Assembly (NCBI RefSeq): GCF_003018255.1
Contig: NZ_CP027440.1
Length of the DNA: 64,000 nucleotides
Strand: one strand, 5' to 3'
From: Escherichia coli
GTDB lineage: Bacteria; Pseudomonadota; Gammaproteobacteria; Enterobacterales; Enterobacteriaceae
Part shown: piece by piece, positions 35,282 to 45,992 of the stretch
How the letters are laid out: each line of letters opens with the position of its first letter
How positions within the stretch are numbered: position 1 is the stretch's first letter
Position numbers and translations under genes: made by a program
The notes under the pieces: generated by a model
Told to the model about the DNA's origin: nothing
Seen by the model: the letters and a program-made list of their open reading frames with translations, nothing else
Databases searched by the model: none

Positions 35282-36139
35282 TTAATGGTGATCGTTTTCA
35301 CGCAGATAAATGACCCAGTATGTCAACCCAACCAACAAACCACCGCCGATAATATTACCGATCGTAACCGGAATCAGGTTATCAGTGATGAAGTTCATCA
35401 CGGTCAGGTGAGAAAAATTTTCCGGTGCAGAACCGACAGCGGTCCAGAATTCCGGAGATGCGAAGTCGCGGATTACAATACCCATCGGGATCATAAACAT
35501 GTTTGCGATACTGTGCTCAAAACCGCTGGCAACAAACATCGCGACCGGCAGCACCATAATGAACGCTTTATCCATCAGGCTGCGGCCAGAATAACTCATC
35601 CATACTGCCAGACATACCATCAGGTTTGCCAGGATACCAAGACAGACGGCCTCAATAAAAGTATGGTGCACTTTGTGGTCGGCGGTTTGTAGGACGTTTA
35701 GTCCCCATTGACCATTCGCGGTCATATACTCGCCGGAAAGCCACATTAAAAGTACAAACAGCAGTGCGCCGACCAGGTTGCCAAAATAGACATTTAGCCA
35801 GTTTTTCGCTAACTGACCCCAGGTGATGCGCCCACTCGCCTTAGCAACAACAATCAACACTGTGGAAGTAAAGAGATCGGCTCCGCAGACAACACAAAGA
35901 ATCAGCCCCAGAGAGAAGCAAATGCCGCCAACCAGTTTTGCCATGCCGAAGGGCATTGTTCCTGTGCCAGTGGTTGCTGTGATATAGAAGACGAATGCGA
36001 TTGAGATGAAAACACCGGCGGTAATCGCCAGATAGAAAGTCTTAAGCGGATGTTTCGTTGCTTTATAGACACCTGCCTCTTCGGCCACTTTGGCCATTGC
36101 TGCAGGAAGTAAAAGATCAAAAGGGTTGTCAGCTTTCAC
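35282..36139 (-). CDS. focA: Formate channel FocA (GTG start)
   Basis: 285 aa from (V/M)KADNPFDLLLPAAMAKVAEEAG; ORF-track 398-aa extension rejected. Confidence 0.85.
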   Translation of the reverse strand: MKADNPFDLLLPAAMAKVAEEAGVYKATKHPLKTFYLAITAGVFISIAFVFYITATTGTGTMPFGMAKLVGGICFSLGLILCVVCGADLFTSTVLIVVAKASGRITWGQLAKNWLNVYFGNLVGALLFVLLMWLSGEYMTANGQWGLNVLQTADHKVHHTFIEAVCLGILANLMVCLAVWMSYSGRSLMDKAFIMVLPVAMFVASGFEHSIANMFMIPMGIVIRDFASPEFWTAVGSAPENFSHLTVMNFITDNLIPVTIGNIIGGGLLVGLTYWVIYLRENDHH

Positions 36140-36199
36140 ACTAACTCTCTCTTTATTAAGTCGGCGACGAGATACTAACAAAGCATTATAGATGAGAAA

Positions 36200-36213
36200 T
36201 TGATATAGATCAT
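36200..36213. promoter_or_regulatory. Candidate FNR binding site in the focA-pflB promoter region
   Basis: TTGATATAGATCAT, one mismatch to TTGAT-N4-ATCAA; ~60 bp upstream of focA start. Confidence 0.5.
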
Positions 36214-36544
36214 ATCTCGCCTGGCTTATAGGCCCGTAACTCGCATGGTTTTTATGCAAATACGGAGTAAATATTTGATTATCCAAATAAAAATAAATTT
36301 TAAAAATTAACAAATGAGTTGAATTTTTTCCGCATCCTCCGCTAAAACAGTTAATTAAAAGGGAGCACCAGGCGAATAAAGTAACAATATCGATCGTATT
36401 TATTAAATACAAATTACCGATATTTAACTTTATAATTACAATTATTTTATTAATGCAAATATATGTAAAGCGGGGCATTAAAAAAACGCCCCGTAATATA
36501 ACTCAGACGAATCATTAAGCCTACATTGCGTAGGCTATTTGATT

Positions 36545-38305
36545 TTATTTTGCCCAGAATGCTGCTTTGGCGCGCTGCAGCTTTTCGTAGGCCTTCAACA
36601 ACGACTGATGTGCAGCAAACGCGTGCAGATCGCTATCTACTGGTTGCAAACCATAAAACGCCGCTTCGCCGCTCATTGCCGCACTGGCGGCTTCCACGGC
36701 ATCTGCGCCGTACATGCGAACAAACGCATTCAGATATTGCAGCGGCTGGCGATCTTCTTCCTGCGCCAGTAATAACAACGTTTGCAGGCAGCGATAATAG
36801 TTGGCGCGTTCCGGGCTGAATACCGATGAGTTAAACTCCATCGTCCATTCGGTCCAGACCAGAGCCTGTTCCAGATCGCCACCAGCCAGCGCCAGCATGG
36901 CTTTTAATTCACCGATACGCAGGGTGTACCAACCGTTATCCGACCCGGTCGCCAGACCCAACAGCTCACGCACGCGGGTAAAGTCATCAAAACCTTCTTC
37001 ATCCAGTTGCTCGATGAGGTTCAGGTAATCTTCTTTTTCCCACTCGCTGCCTGGTAACGAAAGAATCGTTTCACGTAAATGGCTGCCCATACTGTTATTC
37101 GCCAGCCACAGATCTTCAGCCGGATAAATATCGGACATGCCAGGCACGATAATTCGGCAAGCATAAACGCCCAGATGCTCGTAATCGGCAATATAAACTT
37201 CTTTATCTTCTTTGTTGAAGATAGCCATCAGCGTAGCAAACTCTTCTTCCGTAGTGCCGGAGAAATTCCAGTCCACAAACGGATAATCGGCATCCTGCTT
37301 GAACAGGTCCCAGGAGATTAAACCGCTGGAATCGATAAAGTGCGTTTCGAGGTTGGTATGTTCAGCAACTTCTTCATCATCGAAGGTTGGCGGAGTAAAC
37401 ACATCCAAATCTTTCAGGCCACGACCTTGCAGCAGCTCGGTCACGGTACGTTCCAGTGCTACGCCAAAATCAGGATGCGCACCGAAAGAGGCAAAGCAGG
37501 TACCGTTAGCAGGATTGAACAGTACCACGCAAATCACCGGATACTGGCCGCCAAGCGAACCATCATAAGCAAAGATTGGGAAACCTTCTGCTTCCAGCGT
37601 TTCGATGGCTTCAACCACCGCTGGGTAACGCGCCAGCACGTCTGCCGGGATTTCCGGCAAGCTGATGCTTTCAGCAATAATGCGGTTTTTCACGTAGCGT
37701 TCGAAAACTTCGGACAACCCCTGAACGCGTGCTTCGTTACGGGTATTGCCAGCGGACATACCGTTAGAAACATACAGGTTACCAATGATATTCATCGGAA
37801 TATAAACGGTCTGATTATCAGACTGACGCGTAAACGGCAGACCGCAAATACCACGATCTTCGTTACCGGATTGCAGGTCAATCAGCATACTGCCGGCCAG
37901 TTCATTCTCCGGATCGTAAAATGCGCGCAGACGGTCATCGAGCAGCCCTTCTGGCACATCGTCATTTTCGCTCAGTGGGAACCATTTTTCGTTGGGATAA
38001 TGCACGAACGGACCGTTGGCGATGGTTTCGCCCAGCCAGAAATCAGCAAAAAAGTAGTTGGTTGAGAGACGCTCGAAATATTCACCGAGTGCAGAAGCCA
38101 GCGCCGCTTTTTTGGTTGCGCCTTTACCGTTGGTAAAACACAGTGCGCACTCTTTGTCGCGAATATGTACAGACCAGACGTTAGGCACCGGATTCAGCCA
38201 GGAGGCCTCTTCAATCTGAAAGCCGAGGTCTGAAAGTTTTTGCTGGAAGCGAGCGATGGAATCTTCCAGTGCGGCATCTTTGCCGGGGATAAATGTTTGC
38301 GTCAT
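36545..38305 (-). CDS. ycaO: YcaO-domain protein (ribosomal protein S12 methylthiolation accessory factor)
   Basis: 586 aa from MTQTFIPGKDAALEDSIARF. Confidence 0.9.
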   Translation of the reverse strand: MTQTFIPGKDAALEDSIARFQQKLSDLGFQIEEASWLNPVPNVWSVHIRDKECALCFTNGKGATKKAALASALGEYFERLSTNYFFADFWLGETIANGPFVHYPNEKWFPLSENDDVPEGLLDDRLRAFYDPENELAGSMLIDLQSGNEDRGICGLPFTRQSDNQTVYIPMNIIGNLYVSNGMSAGNTRNEARVQGLSEVFERYVKNRIIAESISLPEIPADVLARYPAVVEAIETLEAEGFPIFAYDGSLGGQYPVICVVLFNPANGTCFASFGAHPDFGVALERTVTELLQGRGLKDLDVFTPPTFDDEEVAEHTNLETHFIDSSGLISWDLFKQDADYPFVDWNFSGTTEEEFATLMAIFNKEDKEVYIADYEHLGVYACRIIVPGMSDIYPAEDLWLANNSMGSHLRETILSLPGSEWEKEDYLNLIEQLDEEGFDDFTRVRELLGLATGSDNGWYTLRIGELKAMLALAGGDLEQALVWTEWTMEFNSSVFSPERANYYRCLQTLLLLAQEEDRQPLQYLNAFVRMYGADAVEAASAAMSGEAAFYGLQPVDSDLHAFAAHQSLLKAYEKLQRAKAAFWAK

Positions 38306-38434
38306 GAAAATCACTTTAGTCGTACGGAAAGCGCGCAATAATACGGGTTTTATCTCAAAGGCGCTATCACCGCCGCCATGCCGATGATCTGTTGACTATG
38401 CTTTTAGCGGATAAACCACGATAAGAGCATATAA

Positions 38435-39127
38435 ATGAAGGCGTTCGATCTCCACCGTATGGCATTTGATAAAGTGCCTTTTGATTTCCTTGGCGAAGTG
38501 GCACTACGTAGTCTTTATACCTTTGTACTGGTTTTTTTGTTCCTCAAAATGACCGGAAGACGCGGTGTGCGGCAGATGTCGCTTTTTGAAGTGTTAATCA
38601 TTCTGACGCTGGGATCAGCGGCGGGAGATGTGGCGTTTTATGATGATGTGCCGATGGTCCCGGTACTTATCGTCTTTATTATTCTGGCGTTGTTATACCG
38701 CCTGGTAATGTGGTTGATGGCGCACAGTGAAAAACTGGAAGATCTTCTGGAAGGCAAGCCGGTTGTCATTATTGAAGATGGCGAGCTGGCCTGGTCGAAA
38801 CTCAATAACTCCAACATGACGGAATTTGAGTTCTTTATGGAGCTACGATTGCGCGGTGTAGAGCAGTTGGGGCAAGTACGTCTGGCGATTCTCGAAACCA
38901 ACGGGCAAATCAGTGTCTATTTCTTTGAAGATGACAAGGTGAAACCGGGCTTACTTATTTTACCCAGTGACTGTACTCAGCGTTACAAAGTGGTACCCGA
39001 GTCGGCGGACTATGCCTGCATTCGTTGCAGTGAAATCATTCATATGAACGCGGGGGAAAAACAATTATGTCCGCGCTGTGCAAATCCAGAATGGACGAAG
39101 GCAAGTCGGGCAAAACGGGTGACGTGA
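38435..39127 (+). CDS. ycaP: DUF421-family inner membrane protein YcaP
   Basis: 230 aa; N-terminal TM helices. Confidence 0.85.
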   Translation: MKAFDLHRMAFDKVPFDFLGEVALRSLYTFVLVFLFLKMTGRRGVRQMSLFEVLIILTLGSAAGDVAFYDDVPMVPVLIVFIILALLYRLVMWLMAHSEKLEDLLEGKPVVIIEDGELAWSKLNNSNMTEFEFFMELRLRGVEQLGQVRLAILETNGQISVYFFEDDKVKPGLLILPSDCTQRYKVVPESADYACIRCSEIIHMNAGEKQLCPRCANPEWTKASRAKRVT

Positions 39128-39325
39128 CAGTAAAAACATCGGCTTTTTGCTAATAATCCGAGAGATTCTTTTGTGTGATGCAAGCCACATTTTTGCCCTC
39201 AACGGTTTTACTCATTGCGATGTGTGTCACTGAATGATAAAACCGATAGCCACAGGAATAATGTATTACCTGTGGTCGCAATCGATTGACCGCGGGTTAA
39301 TAGCAACGCAACGTGGTGAGGGGAA

Positions 39326-40414
39326 ATGGCTCAAATCTTCAATTTTAGTTCTGGTCCGGCAATGCTACCGGCAGAGGTGCTTAAACAGGCTCAACAGGAA
39401 CTGCGCGACTGGAACGGTCTTGGTACGTCGGTGATGGAAGTGAGTCACCGTGGCAAAGAGTTCATTCAGGTTGCAGAGGAAGCCGAGAAGGATTTTCGCG
39501 ATCTTCTTAATGTCCCCTCCAACTACAAGGTATTGTTCTGCCATGGCGGCGGTCGCGGTCAGTTTGCTGCTGTTCCGCTGAATATTCTCGGTGATAAAAC
39601 CACCGCAGATTATGTTGATGCCGGTTACTGGGCGGCAAGTGCCATTAAAGAAGCGAAAAAATACTGCACGCCTAATGTCTTTGACGCCAAAGTGACTGTT
39701 GATGGTCTGCGCGCGGTTAAGCCAATGCGCGAATGGCAACTCTCTGATAATGCTGCTTATATGCATTACTGCCCGAATGAAACCATCGACGGTATCGCTA
39801 TCGACGAAACGCCAGACTTCGGCAAAGATGTGGTGGTCGCCGCCGACTTCTCTTCAACCATTCTTTCCCGTCCGATTGACGTCAGCCGTTATGGCGTGAT
39901 TTACGCTGGCGCGCAGAAAAATATCGGCCCGGCTGGCCTGACAATCGTCATCGTTCGTGAAGATTTGCTGGGCAAAGCGAATATCGCGTGTCCGTCGATT
40001 CTGGATTATTCCATTCTCAACGATAACGACTCCATGTTTAACACGCCGCCGACATTTGCCTGGTATCTGTCTGGTCTGGTCTTTAAATGGCTGAAAGCGA
40101 ACGGCGGTGTAGCTGCAATGGATAAAATCAATCAGCAAAAAGCAGAACTGCTGTATGGGGTGATTGATAACAGCAATTTCTACCGCAATGACGTGGCGAA
40201 AGCTAACCGTTCGCGGATGAACGTGCCGTTCCAGTTGGCGGACAGTGCGCTTGACAAATTGTTCCTTGAAGAGTCTTTTGCTGCTGGCCTTCATGCGCTG
40301 AAAGGTCACCGTGTGGTCGGCGGAATGCGCGCGTCTATTTATAACGCCATGCCGCTGGAAGGCGTTAAAGCCCTGACAGACTTCATGGTTGAGTTCGAAC
40401 GCCGTCACGGCTAA
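39326..40414 (+). CDS. serC: Phosphoserine aminotransferase
   Basis: 362 aa [25 protein letters not shown]. Confidence 0.95.
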   Translation: MAQIFNFSSGPAMLPAEVLKQAQQELRDWNGLGTSVMEVSHRGKEFIQVAEEAEKDFRDLLNVPSNYKVLFCHGGGRGQFAAVPLNILGDKTTADYVDAGYWAASAIKEAKKYCTPNVFDAKVTVDGLRAVKPMREWQLSDNAAYMHYCPNETIDGIAIDETPDFGKDVVVAADFSSTILSRPIDVSRYGVIYAGAQKNIGPAGLTIVIVREDLLGKANIACPSILDYSILNDNDSMFNTPPTFAWYLSGLVFKWLKANGGVAAMDKINQQKAELLYGVIDNSNFYRNDVAKANRSRMNVPFQLADSALDKLFLEESFAAGLHALKGHRVVGGMRASIYNAMPLEGVKALTDFMVEFERRHG

Positions 40415-40433
40415 TGCCGAAATTTTGCTTAAT

Positions 40434-40460
40434 CCCCACAGCCAGCCTGTGGGGTTTTTA
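40434..40460 (+). terminator. Intercistronic hairpin/attenuator between serC and aroA
   Basis: ccccacag-ccagc-ctgtgggg followed by TTTTT. Confidence 0.75.
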
Positions 40461-40484
40461 TTTCTGTTGTAGAGAGTTGAGTTC

Positions 40485-41768
40485 ATGGAATCCCTGACGT
40501 TACAACCCATCGCTCGTGTCGATGGCACTATTAATCTGCCTGGTTCCAAGAGCGTTTCTAACCGCGCTTTATTGCTGGCGGCATTAGCACACGGCAAAAC
40601 AGTATTAACCAATCTGCTGGATAGCGATGACGTGCGCCATATGCTGAATGCATTAACAGCGTTAGGGGTAAGCTATACGCTTTCAGCCGATCGTACGCGT
40701 TGCGAAATTATCGGTAACGGCGGTCCATTACACGCAGAAGGTGCCCTGGAGTTGTTCCTCGGAAACGCCGGAACGGCAATGCGCCCGCTGGCGGCAGCTC
40801 TTTGTCTGGGTAGCAATGATATTGTGCTGACTGGTGAGCCGCGTATGAAAGAGCGCCCGATTGGTCATCTGGTGGATGCGCTGCGCCTGGGCGGGGCGAA
40901 GATCACTTACCTGGAACAAGACAATTATCCGCCATTGCGTTTACAGGGCGGCTTTACTGGCGGCAACGTTGACGTTGATGGCTCCGTTTCCAGCCAGTTC
41001 CTCACCGCACTATTAATGACTGCGCCTCTTGCACCGGAAGATACGGTGATTCGTATTAAAGGCGATCTGGTTTCTAAACCTTATATCGACATCACACTCA
41101 ATATGATGAAGACGTTTGGTGTTGAAATTGAAAATCAGCACTATCAACAATTTGTCGTAAAAGGCGGGCAGTCTTATCAGTCTCCGGGTACTTATTTGGT
41201 CGAAGGCGATGCATCTTCGGCTTCTTACTTCCTGGCAGCAGCAGCAATCAAAGGCGGCACTGTAAAAGTGACCGGCATTGGACGCAACAGTATGCAGGGT
41301 GATATTCGCTTTGCTGATGTGCTGGAAAAAATGGGCGCGACCATTTGCTGGGGCGATGATTATATTTCCTGCACGCGGGGTGAACTGAACGCTATTGATA
41401 TGGATATGAACCATATTCCCGATGCGGCGATGACCATTGCCACGGCGGCGTTATTTGCAAAAGGCACCACCACGCTGCGCAATATCTATAACTGGCGTGT
41501 TAAAGAGACCGATCGCCTGTTTGCGATGGCAACAGAACTGCGTAAAGTTGGTGCGGAAGTAGAAGAGGGGCACGATTACATTCGTATCACTCCACCGGAA
41601 AAGCTGAACTTTGCCGAGATCGCGACATACAATGATCACCGGATAGCGATGTGTTTCTCGCTGGTGGCGTTGTCAGATACACCAGTGACGATTCTTGATC
41701 CCAAATGCACGGCCAAAACATTTCCGAATTATTTCGAGCAGCTGGCGCGGATTAGCCAGGCAGCCTGA
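40485..41768 (+). CDS. aroA: 3-phosphoshikimate 1-carboxyvinyltransferase (EPSP synthase)
   Basis: 427 aa [35 protein letters not shown]. Confidence 0.95.
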   Translation: MESLTLQPIARVDGTINLPGSKSVSNRALLLAALAHGKTVLTNLLDSDDVRHMLNALTALGVSYTLSADRTRCEIIGNGGPLHAEGALELFLGNAGTAMRPLAAALCLGSNDIVLTGEPRMKERPIGHLVDALRLGGAKITYLEQDNYPPLRLQGGFTGGNVDVDGSVSSQFLTALLMTAPLAPEDTVIRIKGDLVSKPYIDITLNMMKTFGVEIENQHYQQFVVKGGQSYQSPGTYLVEGDASSASYFLAAAAIKGGTVKVTGIGRNSMQGDIRFADVLEKMGATICWGDDYISCTRGELNAIDMDMNHIPDAAMTIATAALFAKGTTTLRNIYNWRVKETDRLFAMATELRKVGAEVEEGHDYIRITPPEKLNFAEIATYNDHRIAMCFSLVALSDTPVTILDPKCTAKTFPNYFEQLARISQAA

Positions 41769-41937
41769 ATGAACAACGTGCAATAAATAGCCAAATCTTT
41801 CTTTATCAAAACGTCGGCACATTGCCGGCGTTTTTTTTTCGGACCTTGTGAGTCATTTTGATTAATGGTAGCGTCGCTTGTCAATGTAAGTTATTGATAC
41901 ATAATATTTATATATGATTAATCAACGGATGATTCAC

Positions 41938-42702
41938 ATGAAGAATACTAAATTACTGCTGGCGATTGCGGCCTCTGCAGCATTACTGACAGGGTGTCAA
42001 AATACCCACGGTATTGATACCAATATGGCTATCAGCTCAGGTTTAAATGCCTATAAAGCAGCAACGTTAAGCGATGCTGATGCAAAAGCGATTGCCAATC
42101 AGGGCTGTGCCGAAATGGACAGCGGCAATCAAGTCGCAAGCAAATCCAGCAAGTACGGGAAACGTCTGGCAAAAATCGCCAAAGCATTGGGTAACAATAT
42201 TAATGGCACGCCGGTCAACTATAAGGTTTATATGACCAGCGACGTCAACGCATGGGCGATGGCGAACGGTTGTGTTCGTGTCTACAGTGGCCTGATGGAC
42301 ATGATGAACGACAACGAAATTGAAGGCGTTCTGGGTCATGAACTGGGCCACGTCGCGTTGGGTCACTCGCTGGCTGAAATGAAAGCTTCTTATGCGATCG
42401 TTGCCGCACGTGATGCGATTTCCGCTACCAGCGGTGTGGCTTCCCAGCTTTCTCGCTCACAATTAGGTGATATCGCAGAAGGCGCGATCAATGCTAAATA
42501 CTCCCGCGATAAAGAGTCCGAAGCAGATGATTTCTCCTTTGATCTGTTGAAGAAACGTGGCATCAGCACCCAGGGGCTGGTTGGCAGCTTTGAAAAATTG
42601 GCCAGCCTGGATGGCGGTCGTACCCAGTCCATGTTTGATTCTCACCCACCATCAACAGAGCGTGCGCAACACATCCGTGATCGTATCGCCTCTGGTAAGT
42701 AA
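41938..42702 (+). CDS. ycaL: M48-family metallopeptidase lipoprotein YcaL
   Basis: 254 aa; lipobox LLTGC; HELGH zinc motif. Confidence 0.85.
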   Translation: MKNTKLLLAIAASAALLTGCQNTHGIDTNMAISSGLNAYKAATLSDADAKAIANQGCAEMDSGNQVASKSSKYGKRLAKIAKALGNNINGTPVNYKVYMTSDVNAWAMANGCVRVYSGLMDMMNDNEIEGVLGHELGHVALGHSLAEMKASYAIVAARDAISATSGVASQLSRSQLGDIAEGAINAKYSRDKESEADDFSFDLLKKRGISTQGLVGSFEKLASLDGGRTQSMFDSHPPSTERAQHIRDRIASGK

Positions 42703-42874
42703 ATCATTGTCATCTTTCGGGCTGGTCTTCTGCCAGCCCGCTATAATTGCGCAATAAATCCCCATCTGAATACAGACAAAACTGGTTTTTGCACACAACG
42801 TTAACGATTTGTGGCGTCGGCGCGTATAATGCGCGCGGTTATGTTAACGGTACGCCTGTTTTAAGGAGATAAAG

Positions 42875-43558
42875 ATGACGGCAATTGCCCCGGTTATTAC
42901 CATTGATGGCCCAAGCGGTGCAGGGAAAGGCACCTTGTGTAAGGCTATGGCGGAAGCGTTGCAATGGCATCTGCTGGACTCGGGTGCAATTTATCGCGTA
43001 CTGGCACTGGCGGCATTACATCACCATGTTGATGTTGCATCGGAAGATGCGCTGGTGCCGCTGGCATCCCATCTGGATGTACGTTTTGTGTCGACCAATG
43101 GCAATCTGGAAGTGATCCTCGAAGGGGAAGATGTCAGTGGCGAAATTCGTACTCAGGAAGTGGCGAATGCAGCTTCACAAGTCGCGGCATTCCCACGCGT
43201 TCGTGAAGCATTATTGCGTCGCCAACGCGCGTTTCGCGAATTACCAGGCCTGATTGCCGATGGCCGTGACATGGGAACGGTGGTATTCCCTGATGCGCCA
43301 GTGAAAATTTTCCTTGACGCCTCCTCGGAAGAACGTGCGCATCGCCGCATGCTACAGTTGCAGGAGAAGGGCTTTAGTGTTAACTTTGAGCGCCTTTTGG
43401 CTGAGATCAAAGAACGCGACGACCGCGATCGTAACCGAGCGGTAGCGCCACTGGTTCCGGCAGCCGATGCTTTAGTGTTGGATTCCACCACCTTAAGCAT
43501 TGAGCAAGTGATTGAAAAAGCGCTACAATACGCGCGCCAGAAATTGGCTCTCGCATAA
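42875..43558 (+). CDS. cmk: Cytidylate kinase
   Basis: 227 aa; P-loop GPSGAGKGT. Confidence 0.95.
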
Positions 43559-43668
43559 GCGACCGAATTTGCAGTACCCCCGTTGCAATGGAATGACAGC
43601 GGGTATGTTAAACAACCCCATCCGGCATGGAGCCAGGTGGACGTTAAATATAAACCTGAAGATTAAAC

Positions 43669-45342
43669 ATGACTGAATCTTTTGCTCAACTCTTTGAAGA
43701 GTCCTTAAAAGAAATCGAAACCCGCCCGGGTTCTATCGTTCGTGGCGTTGTTGTTGCTATCGACAAAGACGTAGTACTGGTTGACGCTGGTCTGAAATCT
43801 GAGTCCGCCATCCCGGCTGAGCAGTTCAAAAACGCCCAGGGCGAGCTGGAAATCCAGGTAGGTGACGAAGTTGACGTTGCTCTGGACGCAGTAGAAGACG
43901 GCTTCGGTGAAACTCTGCTGTCCCGTGAGAAAGCTAAACGTCACGAAGCCTGGATCACGCTGGAAAAAGCTTACGAAGATGCTGAAACTGTTACCGGTGT
44001 TATCAACGGCAAAGTTAAGGGCGGCTTCACTGTTGAGCTGAACGGTATTCGTGCGTTCCTGCCAGGTTCTCTGGTAGACGTTCGTCCGGTGCGTGACACT
44101 CTGCACCTGGAAGGCAAAGAGCTTGAATTCAAAGTAATCAAGCTGGATCAGAAGCGCAACAACGTTGTTGTTTCTCGTCGTGCCGTTATCGAATCCGAAA
44201 ACAGCGCAGAGCGCGATCAGCTGCTGGAAAACCTGCAGGAAGGCATGGAAGTTAAAGGTATCGTTAAGAACCTCACTGACTACGGTGCATTCGTTGATCT
44301 GGGCGGCGTTGACGGCCTGCTGCACATCACTGACATGGCCTGGAAACGCGTTAAGCATCCGAGCGAAATCGTCAACGTGGGCGACGAAATCACTGTTAAA
44401 GTGCTGAAGTTCGACCGCGAACGTACCCGTGTATCCCTGGGCCTGAAACAGCTGGGCGAAGATCCGTGGGTAGCTATCGCTAAACGTTATCCGGAAGGTA
44501 CCAAACTGACTGGTCGCGTGACCAACCTGACCGACTACGGCTGCTTCGTTGAAATCGAAGAAGGCGTTGAAGGCCTGGTACACGTTTCCGAAATGGATTG
44601 GACCAACAAAAACATCCACCCGTCCAAAGTTGTTAACGTTGGCGATGTAGTGGAAGTTATGGTTCTGGATATCGACGAAGAACGTCGTCGTATCTCCCTG
44701 GGTCTGAAACAGTGCAAAGCTAACCCGTGGCAGCAGTTCGCGGAAACCCACAACAAGGGCGACCGTGTTGAAGGTAAAATCAAGTCTATCACTGACTTCG
44801 GTATCTTCATCGGCCTGGACGGCGGCATCGACGGCCTGGTTCACCTGTCTGACATCTCCTGGAACGTTGCAGGCGAAGAAGCAGTTCGTGAATACAAAAA
44901 AGGCGACGAAATCGCTGCAGTTGTTCTGCAGGTTGACGCAGAACGTGAACGTATCTCCCTGGGCGTTAAACAGCTCGCAGAAGATCCGTTCAACAACTGG
45001 GTTGCTCTGAACAAGAAAGGCGCTATCGTAACCGGTAAAGTAACTGCAGTTGACGCTAAAGGCGCAACCGTAGAACTGGCTGACGGCGTTGAAGGTTACC
45101 TGCGTGCTTCTGAAGCATCCCGTGACCGCGTTGAAGACGCTACCCTGGTTCTGAGCGTTGGCGACGAAGTTGAAGCTAAATTCACCGGCGTTGATCGTAA
45201 AAACCGCGCAATCAGCCTGTCTGTTCGTGCGAAAGACGAAGCTGACGAGAAAGATGCAATCGCAACTGTTAACAAACAGGAAGATGCAAACTTCTCCAAC
45301 AACGCAATGGCTGAAGCTTTCAAAGCAGCTAAAGGCGAGTAA
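43669..45342 (+). CDS. rpsA: 30S ribosomal protein S1
   Basis: 557 aa; six S1 repeats; no Shine-Dalgarno upstream of ATG. Confidence 0.95.
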
Positions 45343-45501
45343 TTCTCTGACTCTTCGGGATTTTTATTCCGAAGTTTGTTGAGTTTACTTGACAGATTGC
45401 AGGTTTCGTCCTGTAATCAAGCACTAAGGGCGGCTACGGCCGCCCTTAATCAATGCAGCAACAGCAGCCGCTAAATTTGCCTTTAAGGAACCGGAGGAAT
45501 C

Positions 45502-45786
45502 ATGACCAAGTCAGAATTGATAGAAAGACTTGCCACCCAGCAATCGCACATTCCCGCCAAGACGGTTGAAGATGCAGTAAAAGAGATGCTGGAGCATATG
45601 GCCTCGACTCTTGCGCAGGGCGAGCGTATTGAAATCCGCGGTTTCGGCAGTTTCTCTTTGCACTACCGCGCACCACGTACCGGACGTAATCCGAAGACTG
45701 GCGATAAAGTAGAACTGGAAGGAAAATACGTTCCTCACTTTAAACCAGGTAAAGAACTGCGCGATCGCGCCAATATTTACGGTTAA
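45502..45786 (+). CDS. ihfB: Integration host factor beta subunit
   Basis: 94 aa [30 protein letters not shown]. Confidence 0.95.
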
Positions 45787-45811
45787 GTTTTTACTCAAAC
45801 TTGAACGCGAG

Positions 45812-45836
45812 AAAAGCACCTGTCGGGTGCTTTTTT
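45812..45836 (+). terminator. Rho-independent terminator downstream of ihfB
   Basis: agcacc-tgtcg-ggtgct hairpin + T tract. Confidence 0.75.
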
Positions 45837-45992
45837 CATTTCTCTAATCTGGAACTGGAAGCAGCCTCGCAGAGTTTTGAACAGTTTTCACCCTCTCGTT
45901 AAATTCTTCTGAACGTGCCTCGGGGAACGCAAAACTCCCACCAGACAACCGCTCAACAAAGTTGCACACTTTCCATAAACAGGGAGGGGTGC

